Shown: positions 29,201 to 38,410, numbered from the stretch's first letter. The stretch: DNA of 64,000 nucleotides from an uncultured Bacilli bacterium (GCA_934140285.1 CAKPBI010000002.1:64804-128803); one strand, 5' to 3'. The notes: generated from the sequence alone by a model not told the origin. Numbers and translations: made by a program.

Positions 29201-29755
29201 CCAGATGTAATGGTTAAAGAAAGTGGTGTGCAAGCTTATCTAAATGATGCTTTCAAGGGCTTAGCTGTTGCCTTAGTTATATCAATTTTCTTACTTTATG
29301 CGGTGATGGCATGTCAGTTTGAGTCACTTTCTAAACCACTTATTATTATGGCTTCAATTCCTCTAACATTTACAGGAGCTTTCCTTGCTCTTACAATAAC
29401 AAATGTAACCTTAAACATTGTTTCATTTATTGGTGTAATTATGTTGATGGGGGTTATTGTAAATAATGCTATTATTATGTTAGATGAAATTAAACGATTA
29501 AAAGATGAAGATGGTTTAAGTCATTATGATGCGGTAGTAAAAGGATGTACAAATCGCTTACGCCCAATCTTGATGACAACATTAACAACAGTCCTTGCTT
29601 TGATTCCTCTTTCATTAGGCCTTGGCAGAGGTGGAGAATTAATGCAACCAATGGGAATTGTTGTAATTGGTGGTTTATTAATTGGTACAATAGTAACATT
29701 AGTATTGATACCATCAATATATTGTGGGGTTAAAAAAATAAAGAAGGAACAATAA
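26261..29755 (+). CDS. RND-family efflux transporter permease (AcrB/SwrC-like), orphan
   Basis: N-terminal TM1 plus PVTLLPDLNIPILGVTVVYPGASATTVENDVT, twelve-TM organisation, C-terminal half conserved. About 1164 aa with an extended first periplasmic loop. Confidence 0.85.
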   Translation: MNFLKKIINKPITICMIILVLVCVGVFSVRSMPVTLLPDLNIPILGVTVVYPGASATTVENDVTTKLETTLSSISKVTEVKSYSLENASFIVLSFEYETSLKEKEQEIKEKIASANLPSSCYDPEIVSFDFNSSALATIALTCDSNDINELKEISNTLSNKFSLIEGVGNVQIKGLPTEKVSVKPILGLESITLLIVEALSKSSLDIPLGIIKTSEGKISVRNNSEAKELIDLANTSVSIPLKKDTWQMLDNIKQKIELIKISYADVLNTIEKSKIEELLQTFNKKSKEELEQTIAKIIEYKDKIDNISDEKYNPNEILKKYSLIFLAYGIKLNINYINFFRNMDKSELINLLDELMKIKDTNLTISLNLINFISSIDFSQITYDNNDTGHYITSFCNVTKINEEEVEITPNLTTIDIEQTNESYSYYNDHLAVILEVYGKSGSNTSQIVKNVKSIINENSQKDINVTLLDDQAEFIDDSISNVLSSILIGGVLAILVIFFFLRKVRSSLVIAITMPLSVLTALIVLYVKGITLNMVSLGGLAVGIGMLVDNSIVVIEAITKRRENDHMDVASAALHGTMDVAGSLFASTLTTVCVFIPIMFTKGLTKEIFTDLSWAVILSLTFSLLVAILVIPSLYALFCKGKKEEEIKPDKFTTKLEGKYQKILEKALTKKTIIIVSMIVIFIASIGLVLTRGIEFLPPSDKGLIEVNLNYDSQIDIEEANNKTLTATNLIKENINDISSIAVSVGKLGIIKMSNGASIRIQINDKRKKTSEVAEDIRKLLNENSNYDVTVKEVDGIVASITSGFNDLTINVTGSDEETLKQIATELETELLRQKGITGVKNNLTTLQKEYKIKVDKTKCLEYGIDYQNLIMMLRVGLAGYETGTIEDNAEEVKIQVIFNNQTITSYDDLATFVIGFKGTQTIKLSDVASINQTEEKVLILKDDGKLSLQLNISTYGIDTGTASREIKKVTKQVLSNYPDVMVKESGVQAYLNDAFKGLAVALVISIFLLYAVMACQFESLSKPLIIMASIPLTFTGAFLALTITNVTLNIVSFIGVIMLMGVIVNNAIIMLDEIKRLKDEDGLSHYDAVVKGCTNRLRPILMTTLTTVLALIPLSLGLGRGGELMQPMGIVVIGGLLIGTIVTLVLIPSIYCGVKKIKKEQ

Positions 29756-29789
29756 TTATAATCAAAAGGGGATTATAAAGGAGAAAAAT

Positions 29790-31067
29790 ATGAAACAAAG
29801 ATCAATCACAAAAGATCTACAACACTTAAAAATTAAAAGTCCCAATTTTATCTATAATGTCTTAGGTACAGTTTGGAAAATCCTCTTTAAAAAGAAATAT
29901 AATATACATGTAGAAGATAAAGTCAACCTAAAGAATATTAAGGGACCATATATATTAATAAGTAATCATGCTTCAAGACTTGATTATATGTATATTGGTC
30001 TTCCCTTACTTCCCGCTAGACTAAACTTTGTGGCAGGGTATAATGAATTCTTTAGATCACATCTTCAAGGAGTCTTTAAAATACTTCAAGTAATACCTAA
30101 AAAGAACTTTACATCGGATGTTAATACAATTAAACAAATTTCAAGAGTGTTAAAAAATAATGGAAAAGTAATGATCTTCCCTGAAGGAATGAGCTCAATA
30201 TCTGGTGCTAACCAACCTATAGTTGTTGGTACTGGTAAATTTATTAAACATTTTAATGTCCCTGTTTATTACGCTGTAATCAAAGGTGGTTACTTAACAA
30301 GTCCTAAATATAATTTAGATGAAAGACCAGGAAGGGTAGATGTTACCTTTGATTCACTATTTACAGTAGATGATATTCAAAAATTATCAGCAGAAGAAAT
30401 AGAAGATCGTATTAATGAAGCGATTTATCACGATGATTATGAATGGAATAAAGTTAATCAATATAGTTATAAAGTAAATGAAAACTTCTTAAAAGATATT
30501 GGTGATTTACTATTTATATGTCCAAAATGTAAAAGTGAATTTACAATAACAAGTACTAATAATACAATCAAATGTTTACATTGTGGAAATGAAATAGATG
30601 TTGATGATAAATATATGCTACTTCCTCATGATGAAACTAGTGTAGTACCATCAACTCAAACTGAATGGTTTAACATGCAAAGGGAAATAATCAAAAAGCA
30701 AATATTGGATGAAAACTATAAACTAGAAGAAATAGTTGATTTAGGAATGCTAGATGATGAGAAATATTTAAAGAATCAAGCTACTTCAAATATTGTTGGA
30801 GTTGGTCGACTCACCTTTGATCATATAGGTTTAACCTACAATGGAATAAAGAATAACAAACCATTTAGTTTCCACATTAATACAAGTGACTTACCAACTT
30901 TTGGAATGTGTACTGATTTATCTCGTTTCTATACTTTTTACCAAGGAACATTTTATGAATTCTATCCAAAAACAAGATGTGTAGAAAAATGGTTCTTGGT
31001 AGCAGAAGAAATGCATCGTCTTAATGGTGGTAAGTGGCAAGACTTTAAATTCACAAAAAAGGAATAA
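29790..31067 (+). CDS. Lysophospholipid (PlsC-like) acyltransferase fused to a C-terminal zinc-ribbon-containing domain
   Basis: HX4D (SNHASRLD) and FPEG motifs in the N-terminal ~200 aa. The C-terminal ~220 aa carries CPKC...CLHC. Confidence 0.6.
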   Translation: MKQRSITKDLQHLKIKSPNFIYNVLGTVWKILFKKKYNIHVEDKVNLKNIKGPYILISNHASRLDYMYIGLPLLPARLNFVAGYNEFFRSHLQGVFKILQVIPKKNFTSDVNTIKQISRVLKNNGKVMIFPEGMSSISGANQPIVVGTGKFIKHFNVPVYYAVIKGGYLTSPKYNLDERPGRVDVTFDSLFTVDDIQKLSAEEIEDRINEAIYHDDYEWNKVNQYSYKVNENFLKDIGDLLFICPKCKSEFTITSTNNTIKCLHCGNEIDVDDKYMLLPHDETSVVPSTQTEWFNMQREIIKKQILDENYKLEEIVDLGMLDDEKYLKNQATSNIVGVGRLTFDHIGLTYNGIKNNKPFSFHINTSDLPTFGMCTDLSRFYTFYQGTFYEFYPKTRCVEKWFLVAEEMHRLNGGKWQDFKFTKKE

Positions 31068-31126
31068 TTTTTAAAATCATTCCTTTTTCTTTTTTATTAT
31101 TGCGTATTATTAGTTGAGGTGATAAA

Positions 31127-31633
31127 ATGAAAAAACTCGTTTTAAGTTTAATTGGTTTATTTATCATTTTAACTGGATGCTCTACAAATAGTAAAGATAT
31201 TATAACACCTCCTTTAGATATGGGAACCTATGATGATATGGATATTCTAATTGATATTAAAGGAGCTATAATTTTTCCAGGAGTATATAGCGTAAAGAAA
31301 AATTCTTTATTAAAAGATGTAATTAAAGTTGCGGGAGGATTTGCAAGTAATGCTGATATTGAAAAAGTCAACTTAGTAAAGGAAGTAGAAGCTAATGAAA
31401 TGATAATTATCCCCTTTAAAGGTAGTGGTGCATCTACTAGTAATTTAATCAACATCAATACCGCAAGTCTTAAGGAGTTAACTCAAATCCCTAAGATTGG
31501 TGAAGCAAAAGCAAAAGCCATAATTGAATATCGTGTTAATAATGGTCCATTTAACAAAATTAGTGACATTATGAAAGTATCGGGAATTAGTGAAACAATT
31601 TTTAATCAAATTAAAACGTTCATTATGGTATAA
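31127..31633 (+). CDS. comEA: Competence protein ComEA (DNA receptor, helix-hairpin-helix)
   Basis: Lipoprotein signal (ILTGCS), SLBB-like region, tandem HhH (NINTASLKELTQIPKIGEAKAKAIIEYR...GISETIFNQIK). Confidence 0.85.
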   Translation: MKKLVLSLIGLFIILTGCSTNSKDIITPPLDMGTYDDMDILIDIKGAIIFPGVYSVKKNSLLKDVIKVAGGFASNADIEKVNLVKEVEANEMIIIPFKGSGASTSNLININTASLKELTQIPKIGEAKAKAIIEYRVNNGPFNKISDIMKVSGISETIFNQIKTFIMV

Positions 31634-33794
31634 TGATACCTTAAAAGCATCATCAAAATATGTATATCTTATTACCTTGGGTATAATAATTTTCTTATGG
31701 CTTATTTTTCATTTTAACATAATATATTTACTTTTATTAATAGTTTTCTTATTAGTAGTATTTATTAATATACCTTCATTACTAGTTATTATTTTGATAG
31801 CATATGGAATATTAGGATTAAACATTTTAATAAGAAAAATAAATTATAATAAAACACCATACACTAATGTAATAATTGAAGGTATTGTAATTAGTACTAA
31901 AAAAACCGCCAAGTCAAACCAAGTAGTAGTAAGATCAAAAAATGTTAAATATCAATACTATGATCCAAAAAATAAATATCAAGTTGGGGATATCATTAAA
32001 GTTGAAGGAACTTTAATAAAAGAAAGTAAAAAACACGCTCCTATGTTATTTGACTATCAAGATTACTTAGAAAAAAACAACATAAGAGGTACAATAAAAA
32101 TTGAAAAGACTTCATACATAAAAAAAGGTTTTACGTTATATTCAATCAATAATACTTTACAAAATTACTTTAATTCGCGTTTTCCACCCCAAACGGCGGG
32201 TTTTTTGGAAGCTTTATTGATAGGATATAAAAATAATCTGGGTGAAGAAAATCAAAGGAAAATACAAAACATTGGAATTAGTCATCTTTTTGTAATATCA
32301 GGTCTTCATATGGGAGTACTCTCTTTAATAATAAAAAAATTACTAGGATTATTAAAAATACCAGAAAAACACCATTTTAAGATTATTACCCCGTTTTTTA
32401 TTGGCTATTACATTATCTCAGCTTTTTCTATTTCCATTTTAAGAGTACTCTTAATATATATATTTAGTTATTTGAACAAAAAATATCTGCACATCTTCTC
32501 AACGTTTAATATTTATAATTTGGTAATAGCTATGATTCTTTTAATTAATCCCTATTATATTAGTTCATATGCATTTGGACTAACATTTATTATTTCTACA
32601 TCTTTAGTATTAATTAATCCTTTATTAAAATATAAAGGAATTAAAGGCTTTTTTATCAATAATATAATAATAAGTCTAAATAGTTTGATTGTAACACTTC
32701 CTATTGTAATTACCATTAACCCTCAAATTAACTTTTTATCCATAATTTATAATTTATTTTACATTCATTTTGTTAGTTATATACTACTGCCTTTTAGTAT
32801 TATTGTATGTGCTTTGCCATTTCTTTCAAATATTTATGCCACAGTTATTAATTTATTTATGGGATTAACTACTAACCTAGCAAATATTAATTTTGGAAGA
32901 ATGACTTTTAGTTCAGTATCAATTCTTTTACCAATTACCTTTTATTTTTTATATGTAATGTATATTAAGAATAAACTTCAAAAGAAAAAGCAATCATTAA
33001 GATGGCTTGGATTAATATTAGGTTTAGTCTTAATTTGGAATAATACAATATGGTTTAAAACAAAAGATGAGGTAATATTCTTAGATTTACCAAAAGGAGA
33101 AGCAACCTTAATTAGTTCAAGTCATAATAAGTGTAATATCTTAATTGATACAGGAGAAAATAGTGGAACTGATTTAGAAACATTCTTAAAGAAGAAAGGA
33201 ATAAAACGTATTGATTACCTTTTTATTAGTCATGGTGACTCTGATCACAACGGAAAGATAGAAACCTTAATAAAAGAATTTAGAATAAAAAATATCGTTG
33301 TAACGCCATATGATAAAACTAGTATTAAAAAATGTCAATCTGCAGCATACAAAGGTAATCTTCATTATTTTAAAAGAGGAAGTATGCTTAGTAAAGGCAA
33401 CCTTAAAATAAAATGTTTGTACCCTGCAAAAGATGCTAAGGATACAAACAATAATAGTATGGTATTAAATGTTGATTATTTCAATACAACTTTTTTATTT
33501 ACCGGAGATATCGAGAAAAAAAGTGAAATGGAACTATTTACCCTTGAAAGAAAAATAAAAGTTGATTTTTTGAAAGTTCCTCATCATGGATCTCTTACTT
33601 CTAGTTCTTCATATTTACAAGAATTAGTTGATTATAAATATGCCATCTGCATGAATGGTTACCAAAATACATTTAGTTTTCCAAATAACATAATAAGAAA
33701 ATCATATGAACATAAAGCATTTTTAGTTACATCCGAAAAATCAAGTATTATCTTAAAGAAAAAACTTTTTAAAAAAGAATTTAAAATTACATAA
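31590..33794 (+). CDS. comEC: DNA internalisation competence protein ComEC/Rec2
   Basis: Polytopic competence domain (QTAGFLEALLIGYK...GISHLFVISGLHMG) plus C-terminal MBL domain (FISHGDSDHNG...VPHHGS). GTG start overlaps comEA by 44 nt. Confidence 0.85.
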   Translation: MKQFLIKLKRSLWYNDTLKASSKYVYLITLGIIIFLWLIFHFNIIYLLLLIVFLLVVFINIPSLLVIILIAYGILGLNILIRKINYNKTPYTNVIIEGIVISTKKTAKSNQVVVRSKNVKYQYYDPKNKYQVGDIIKVEGTLIKESKKHAPMLFDYQDYLEKNNIRGTIKIEKTSYIKKGFTLYSINNTLQNYFNSRFPPQTAGFLEALLIGYKNNLGEENQRKIQNIGISHLFVISGLHMGVLSLIIKKLLGLLKIPEKHHFKIITPFFIGYYIISAFSISILRVLLIYIFSYLNKKYLHIFSTFNIYNLVIAMILLINPYYISSYAFGLTFIISTSLVLINPLLKYKGIKGFFINNIIISLNSLIVTLPIVITINPQINFLSIIYNLFYIHFVSYILLPFSIIVCALPFLSNIYATVINLFMGLTTNLANINFGRMTFSSVSILLPITFYFLYVMYIKNKLQKKKQSLRWLGLILGLVLIWNNTIWFKTKDEVIFLDLPKGEATLISSSHNKCNILIDTGENSGTDLETFLKKKGIKRIDYLFISHGDSDHNGKIETLIKEFRIKNIVVTPYDKTSIKKCQSAAYKGNLHYFKRGSMLSKGNLKIKCLYPAKDAKDTNNNSMVLNVDYFNTTFLFTGDIEKKSEMELFTLERKIKVDFLKVPHHGSLTSSSSYLQELVDYKYAICMNGYQNTFSFPNNIIRKSYEHKAFLVTSEKSSIILKKKLFKKEFKIT

Positions 33795-34536
33795 TATTAT
33801 TCTTAATAATTTGTGATGTATTATTAATTACTATACTATTTTCAGCAATGGAAGATGTGATAATAGTATTACAACCGATAATAGAGTTTTGGTGAATAAT
33901 GGTACTACCACCGAGAATAGTAGCTCCGCTATAAATAGTAACATTGTCTAAAATAGTAGGATGACGCTTAACATTTTTTAATTTACTTGTTTCTTTTAAA
34001 GATTTAGTGCCTAAAGTAACACCATGATAAATTTTAACGTTATTGTTAATTATCGTAGTTTCTCCAATAACAATACCTGTGCCATGGTCAATAAAAAAGT
34101 AATCACCAATAACTGCCTTTGGATGAATATCAATACCTGTTTTTTCATGGGCATATTCAGTCATTAACCTTGGGATAAGCTTTATGTCTAGTTTTGTCAA
34201 CATATGAGCAATACGATAGACTAAGATTGCGAAAAAACCAGGATAGGCTAAAATTATTTCAGACAAAGAAGTTGCTGCCGGATCGCTTTTTATAAATGCA
34301 TCTAAGTCCATTTGTAGTTTATTTTTAATCATAGGAAGAGAAGAAATAAAATATTTAATTTTTTCTTCTTTCTTTTTATCGTTAATATTATTTCTTAAAA
34401 TTCTTTTAATGTTATTAATTTTTCTAGTATAGTATTTTTCTTTTTTTTCTTTGATTAACTCAAAATATGAGGGAAATAAAATACATCGTATATCAAATAT
34501 TAAACGAATAATTTCTTTTCTATTTACAAATTTCAT
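33787..34536 (-). CDS. cysE: Serine O-acetyltransferase CysE
   Basis: Hexapeptide repeats (DIHPKAVIGDYFFIDHGTGIVIGETTIINNNVKIYHGVTLG). Its 3' end overlaps the convergent comEC. Confidence 0.85.
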   Translation of the reverse strand: MKFVNRKEIIRLIFDIRCILFPSYFELIKEKKEKYYTRKINNIKRILRNNINDKKKEEKIKYFISSLPMIKNKLQMDLDAFIKSDPAATSLSEIILAYPGFFAILVYRIAHMLTKLDIKLIPRLMTEYAHEKTGIDIHPKAVIGDYFFIDHGTGIVIGETTIINNNVKIYHGVTLGTKSLKETSKLKNVKRHPTILDNVTIYSGATILGGSTIIHQNSIIGCNTIITSSIAENSIVINNTSQIIKNNIM

Positions 34537-35420
34537 TATTCATCAATCCATTTAGATAAATATTTAATGCCATAATCAGGAGATATAAAAAGAATGTTTC
34601 TATTAACAAGATTTTTTTCTTCAATTAACTTTTTAACTCCAATAAAGGCAGCTCCAGTTGAAAAACCACAGAATAATGCTTCTGATGTTAATAGTTCTTC
34701 ACAACCTTGTTTTGATGATTCCCTAGAAATATTATATATATTATCAACTACCTTTAAGTTAAGAGTAGAAGGAATAAATCCAGGTCCAATGCCATCAATT
34801 ACGTTATTTTCTTTTGGTAATACTCCAATAATTAAAGTAGTTGGACTTTTTTCCTTAAAGTATTTTCCAATTCCTGAAATAGTTCCTCCTGTGCCTATTC
34901 CCATCACTATTCCATCAATCTCACTTAAACAATTAGTAATTTCTTTTCCAGTTATCTCATAATGGGTAAGAGGATTGTTCATATTTTCAAATTGTGAAGG
35001 AATAAAATAATTATTCATTGTACTAGTCATTTCTTTTAATTTATCAAGACATCCTTTCATCCCATATTTTTTATCGGTTAAAATTACTTTAGTATGATAA
35101 GCTTTAAGTAGTAGAATTCTTTCATTACTTACGTTATTTGGCATAATGATTATTAATGGTAAATTATAGTACAAACATACTCCAGCAAGACCAATACCTG
35201 TGTTTCCACTAGTGGCCTCAATAATAGTAGTACTCTGATTAATTAATCCATCTTTAAAAGCAGAACTAATTATTTTTTTGGCTATTCGATCTTTAATACT
35301 ACCAAAAGGGTTTCCTCCTTCTAATTTAACATATATATTATTGTGATATTTTTCACTTAATTTCTTTAAATACACAATTGGTGTTTCACCAATTAAATCT
35401 AAAACACTATCCTTAATCAT
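34536..35420 (-). CDS. cysK: Cysteine synthase A (O-acetylserine sulfhydrylase)
   Basis: PLP-lysine motif (GGNPFGSIKDR), GNTGIGLA, glycine-rich loop GIGTGGTISG. TAATG overlap with cysE. Confidence 0.9.
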   Translation of the reverse strand: MIKDSVLDLIGETPIVYLKKLSEKYHNNIYVKLEGGNPFGSIKDRIAKKIISSAFKDGLINQSTTIIEATSGNTGIGLAGVCLYYNLPLIIIMPNNVSNERILLLKAYHTKVILTDKKYGMKGCLDKLKEMTSTMNNYFIPSQFENMNNPLTHYEITGKEITNCLSEIDGIVMGIGTGGTISGIGKYFKEKSPTTLIIGVLPKENNVIDGIGPGFIPSTLNLKVVDNIYNISRESSKQGCEELLTSEALFCGFSTGAAFIGVKKLIEEKNLVNRNILFISPDYGIKYLSKWIDE

Positions 35421-35508
35421 ATTTCCTCCTAAAACATCTTATCTTATTTATATGCTTTTCAAACGAAAAGTGTTATAATATAGGTGGCATAAAAAGGAGG
35501 AAAATAAA

Positions 35509-36168
35509 ATGCAAACTTATGAAGAAATAAAAAAGAATCCTAAAATACTTGCATATATTAACCAAGCTGATGCTTCTTTAAAAGCATTAGGATATACTGA
35601 ACACCACATTGCTCATGCAACACTTGTTGCGACAAGAGTTGAATATATTTTAAAAACTTTATGTTTTGATGATAGAATGATTGAACTTGGAAAGATTGCT
35701 GGTTTCTTACATGATATTGGCAATCTTGTAAATAGAGTTGACCACAGTCAAAGTGGAGCAATCTTAGCTTTTCGTATTTTAGATGAACTAGGATTTGAGG
35801 CTGATGATATTGCTTTAATTGTTTCTGCAATTGGTAACCATGATGAAGGAACTGGAGTACCGGTAAGTCCTTTGGCTGCAGCCTTGATTATTGCTGATAA
35901 ATCAGATGTAAGAAGATCAAGAGTTAGAAATAATGATACCACAACCTTTGATATTCATGATAGAGTTAATTATTCTGTCACAAAATCAGAATTGAAAATC
36001 AATGAAGCTCATACAATTATAAAACTTAAACTATTTGTTGATACTCATTATAGTTCGGTTATGGATTACTTTGAAATATTCATGAGCCGAATGATTCTTT
36101 GTCGTAAGGCTGCTCAAATGTTAAATCTTGAATTTAAAATGATGTTTAATGAGCAACAAATGATTTAA
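35509..36168 (+). CDS. HD-domain phosphohydrolase
   Basis: H..H...LHDIGN..D motif set (HIAHATLVA...FLHDIGNLVNRVDH...ADKSD). Confidence 0.55.
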   Translation: MQTYEEIKKNPKILAYINQADASLKALGYTEHHIAHATLVATRVEYILKTLCFDDRMIELGKIAGFLHDIGNLVNRVDHSQSGAILAFRILDELGFEADDIALIVSAIGNHDEGTGVPVSPLAAALIIADKSDVRRSRVRNNDTTTFDIHDRVNYSVTKSELKINEAHTIIKLKLFVDTHYSSVMDYFEIFMSRMILCRKAAQMLNLEFKMMFNEQQMI

Positions 36169-36227
36169 ACAATAAAAGTAATTTATGAACATTTAATACT
36201 CAAAAAGGCAATATAATTTCATTTTAC

Positions 36228-36256
36228 TTTACTAATTTTAAAAAATATGATATAAT
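36228..36256 (+). promoter_or_regulatory. rpsT promoter with extended -10
   Basis: tgatataat (TGn-TATAAT). Shares the 16-mer aaaaatatgatataat with the pgsA promoter. Confidence 0.5.
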
Positions 36257-36286
36257 AAATGCGTTATTTTCTTTGGAGGTGTAGCA

Positions 36287-36550
36287 ATGGCAAACATTAA
36301 ACAACAAAAGAAACGTGATATTACTAACAACAAAAAAAGACTTTTAAATGCTTCATTTAAATCATCTTTAAAAACAGCAATTAAAGCTTTTGAAACTGCA
36401 GTAGCATCTGGCAATAAAGCACAAGCTCAAGAAGCTTTCAACTTTGCTTGTAAAAAATTAGATAAGGCAGTAGTTAAAGGTGTTTATCACAAGAATAATG
36501 TTGCTAGACAAAAATCAAGTTTAGCAAAAGCCTTAAATCAAATGGCATAA
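36287..36550 (+). CDS. rpsT: 30S ribosomal protein bS20
   Basis: MANIKQQKKRDITNNKKRLLNASFKSSLKTAIK...; 87 aa. Confidence 0.9.
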   Translation: MANIKQQKKRDITNNKKRLLNASFKSSLKTAIKAFETAVASGNKAQAQEAFNFACKKLDKAVVKGVYHKNNVARQKSSLAKALNQMA

Positions 36551-36560
36551 TTAAAGTAGA

Positions 36561-36587
36561 AATCGGACGAAAACGTCCGTTTTTTCT
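36561..36587 (+). terminator. rpsT terminator
   Basis: cggacg aaaa cgtccg followed by T6. Confidence 0.75.
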
Positions 36588-36682
36588 TTCTAAAAAATAA
36601 TTAAAACGTTTTTAATTGCTTGTTTTAAGTTATATTTTAGAAAAATTGTTATAATAATTATTAATAGAAAAGGAGTGATAAT

Positions 36683-38410
36683 GTGATTAAAACTCTCGCA
36701 AAAAGTATTCGTGAGTATAAAAAAGCCACAATTCTTACCCCAATTATAGTATTCTTTGAGGTTGTCTTAGAATGTATAATTCCTTTTATAGTTGCTATGT
36801 TGATTGACAACATAGAGAAAGGATGTGGCTTAAATGTAATTTTAATGTATGGCGGAATCTTGACACTTATGGCCATTCTTTCTTTAACATGTGGTGCCTT
36901 CGCTGGTAAATTCTGTGCCAATGCTTCATGTGGATTCGCTAAGAACTTAAGAAAAGATATGTTTGAAAAAATACAAACATATGCATTTGAAAATATTGAT
37001 AAATTTCAAGCCGCATCATTAGTTACAAGACTAACAACTGATGTAACCTATGTACAATGGTCATTTATGACAATTATCCGTACAGCTATAAGAAGTCCAT
37101 TTATGCTAGTATTCTCATTTATTATGGGATTTGTTATGGGGGGGCCAATTGCTTTAGTATACGTATTTGTTATTCCAGTTCTAACTTTTGGCTTATTTAT
37201 GATTGCTAAAAAGGCAATGCCTATTTTTAGAAGAGTATTTAAAAAATATGATAATTTAAATAATTCGGTTCAAGAAAATGTCAAAAACATGCGTGTTGTA
37301 AAATCTTTTGTTCGTGAAGATTACGAAATTCACAAATTCGATTTAGCCGCAGCCGATGTTTGTGCAGACTTTACTAAGGCAGAGCGTATTCTTGCTTGGA
37401 ATAATCCAATAATGCAATTTTGTTTATATACGATTATGATAGTTATTCTTTCATTTGGATCATATATTGTAATTAGTAGTGCAGGCTTAAAGGTAAGTGT
37501 AAGTCAAATATCTGCCCTTCTTACCTATGGATTTCAAATACTAATGAGTCTAATGATGATTTCTATGATATATGTTATGATCACAATGTCAATTGAGTCA
37601 GCAGAAAGAATCTGTGAAGTTTTAAATGAAGAAACAACCCTAAAGAGTCCAGAAAACCCAGTGTTTGAAATAAAAGATGGTTCAATTGATTTTGAAAATG
37701 TTGAGTTTAAATATGGAGATAGTAAAACAATTCTAAACAATATAAACTTACATATCTCTTCAGGAGAAACCATTGGCATTATAGGTGGTACAGGAAGTGC
37801 TAAAACAACTTTAATTCAACTAATATCAAGATTATATGATGTAACAAATGGATCAGTTAAAGTCGGTGGTATTGATGTTCGTGATTATGATTTATTTACG
37901 CTAAGAGACAAAGTTGCGGTAGTACTTCAAAAAAATATCTTATTTAGTGGTACGATTATTGAAAACCTTCGTTGGGGAAATCAAGATGCAACACTTGATG
38001 AAATGGTTCATGCATGCAAACTAGCTCAAGCTGATGACTTCATCAAGGGCTTCCCAGATGGTTATAATACATACATTGAACAAGGTGGAGCCAATGTATC
38101 AGGAGGTCAAAAACAAAGATTATGCATCGCGAGAGCCTTATTAAAGAATCCAAAAATTATCATTTTTGATGATTCAACTAGTGCTGTAGATACTAAAACC
38201 GATGCATTAATTAGAAAAGGTTTAAATGAATATATTCCTAATACTACTAAAATAATAATTGCCCAAAGAGTTGCAAGTGTTGAAGATGCCGATAGAATAA
38301 TAGTTCTTAATAATGGCGAAATTTGTGGAATTGGTACTCATGATGAATTGTTGAAGACTAATACAATTTATCAAGAAGTATATGAATCCCAAAATAAGGT
38401 AGGTGAGTAA
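36683..38410 (+). CDS. ABC multidrug-type exporter, fused permease/ATPase (heterodimer subunit 1)
   Basis: Six-TM domain plus NBD (GGTGSAKTT Walker A, LSGGQKQRLCIARAL signature, IIFDDSTSAVD Walker B). GTG start 5 nt after aaaggag. Confidence 0.85.
   Translation: MIKTLAKSIREYKKATILTPIIVFFEVVLECIIPFIVAMLIDNIEKGCGLNVILMYGGILTLMAILSLTCGAFAGKFCANASCGFAKNLRKDMFEKIQTYAFENIDKFQAASLVTRLTTDVTYVQWSFMTIIRTAIRSPFMLVFSFIMGFVMGGPIALVYVFVIPVLTFGLFMIAKKAMPIFRRVFKKYDNLNNSVQENVKNMRVVKSFVREDYEIHKFDLAAADVCADFTKAERILAWNNPIMQFCLYTIMIVILSFGSYIVISSAGLKVSVSQISALLTYGFQILMSLMMISMIYVMITMSIESAERICEVLNEETTLKSPENPVFEIKDGSIDFENVEFKYGDSKTILNNINLHISSGETIGIIGGTGSAKTTLIQLISRLYDVTNGSVKVGGIDVRDYDLFTLRDKVAVVLQKNILFSGTIIENLRWGNQDATLDEMVHACKLAQADDFIKGFPDGYNTYIEQGGANVSGGQKQRLCIARALLKNPKIIIFDDSTSAVDTKTDALIRKGLNEYIPNTTKIIIAQRVASVEDADRIIVLNNGEICGIGTHDELLKTNTIYQEVYESQNKVGE

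Noticed and set aside
34594-34962. 122-aa ORF antisense to cysK
   Set aside because: It is antisense to a highly conserved cysK coding region.
35421-35508. Possible T-box/S-box leader for cysK-cysE
   Set aside because: The 88-nt interval is too short, and no specifier or antiterminator-like structure is seen.
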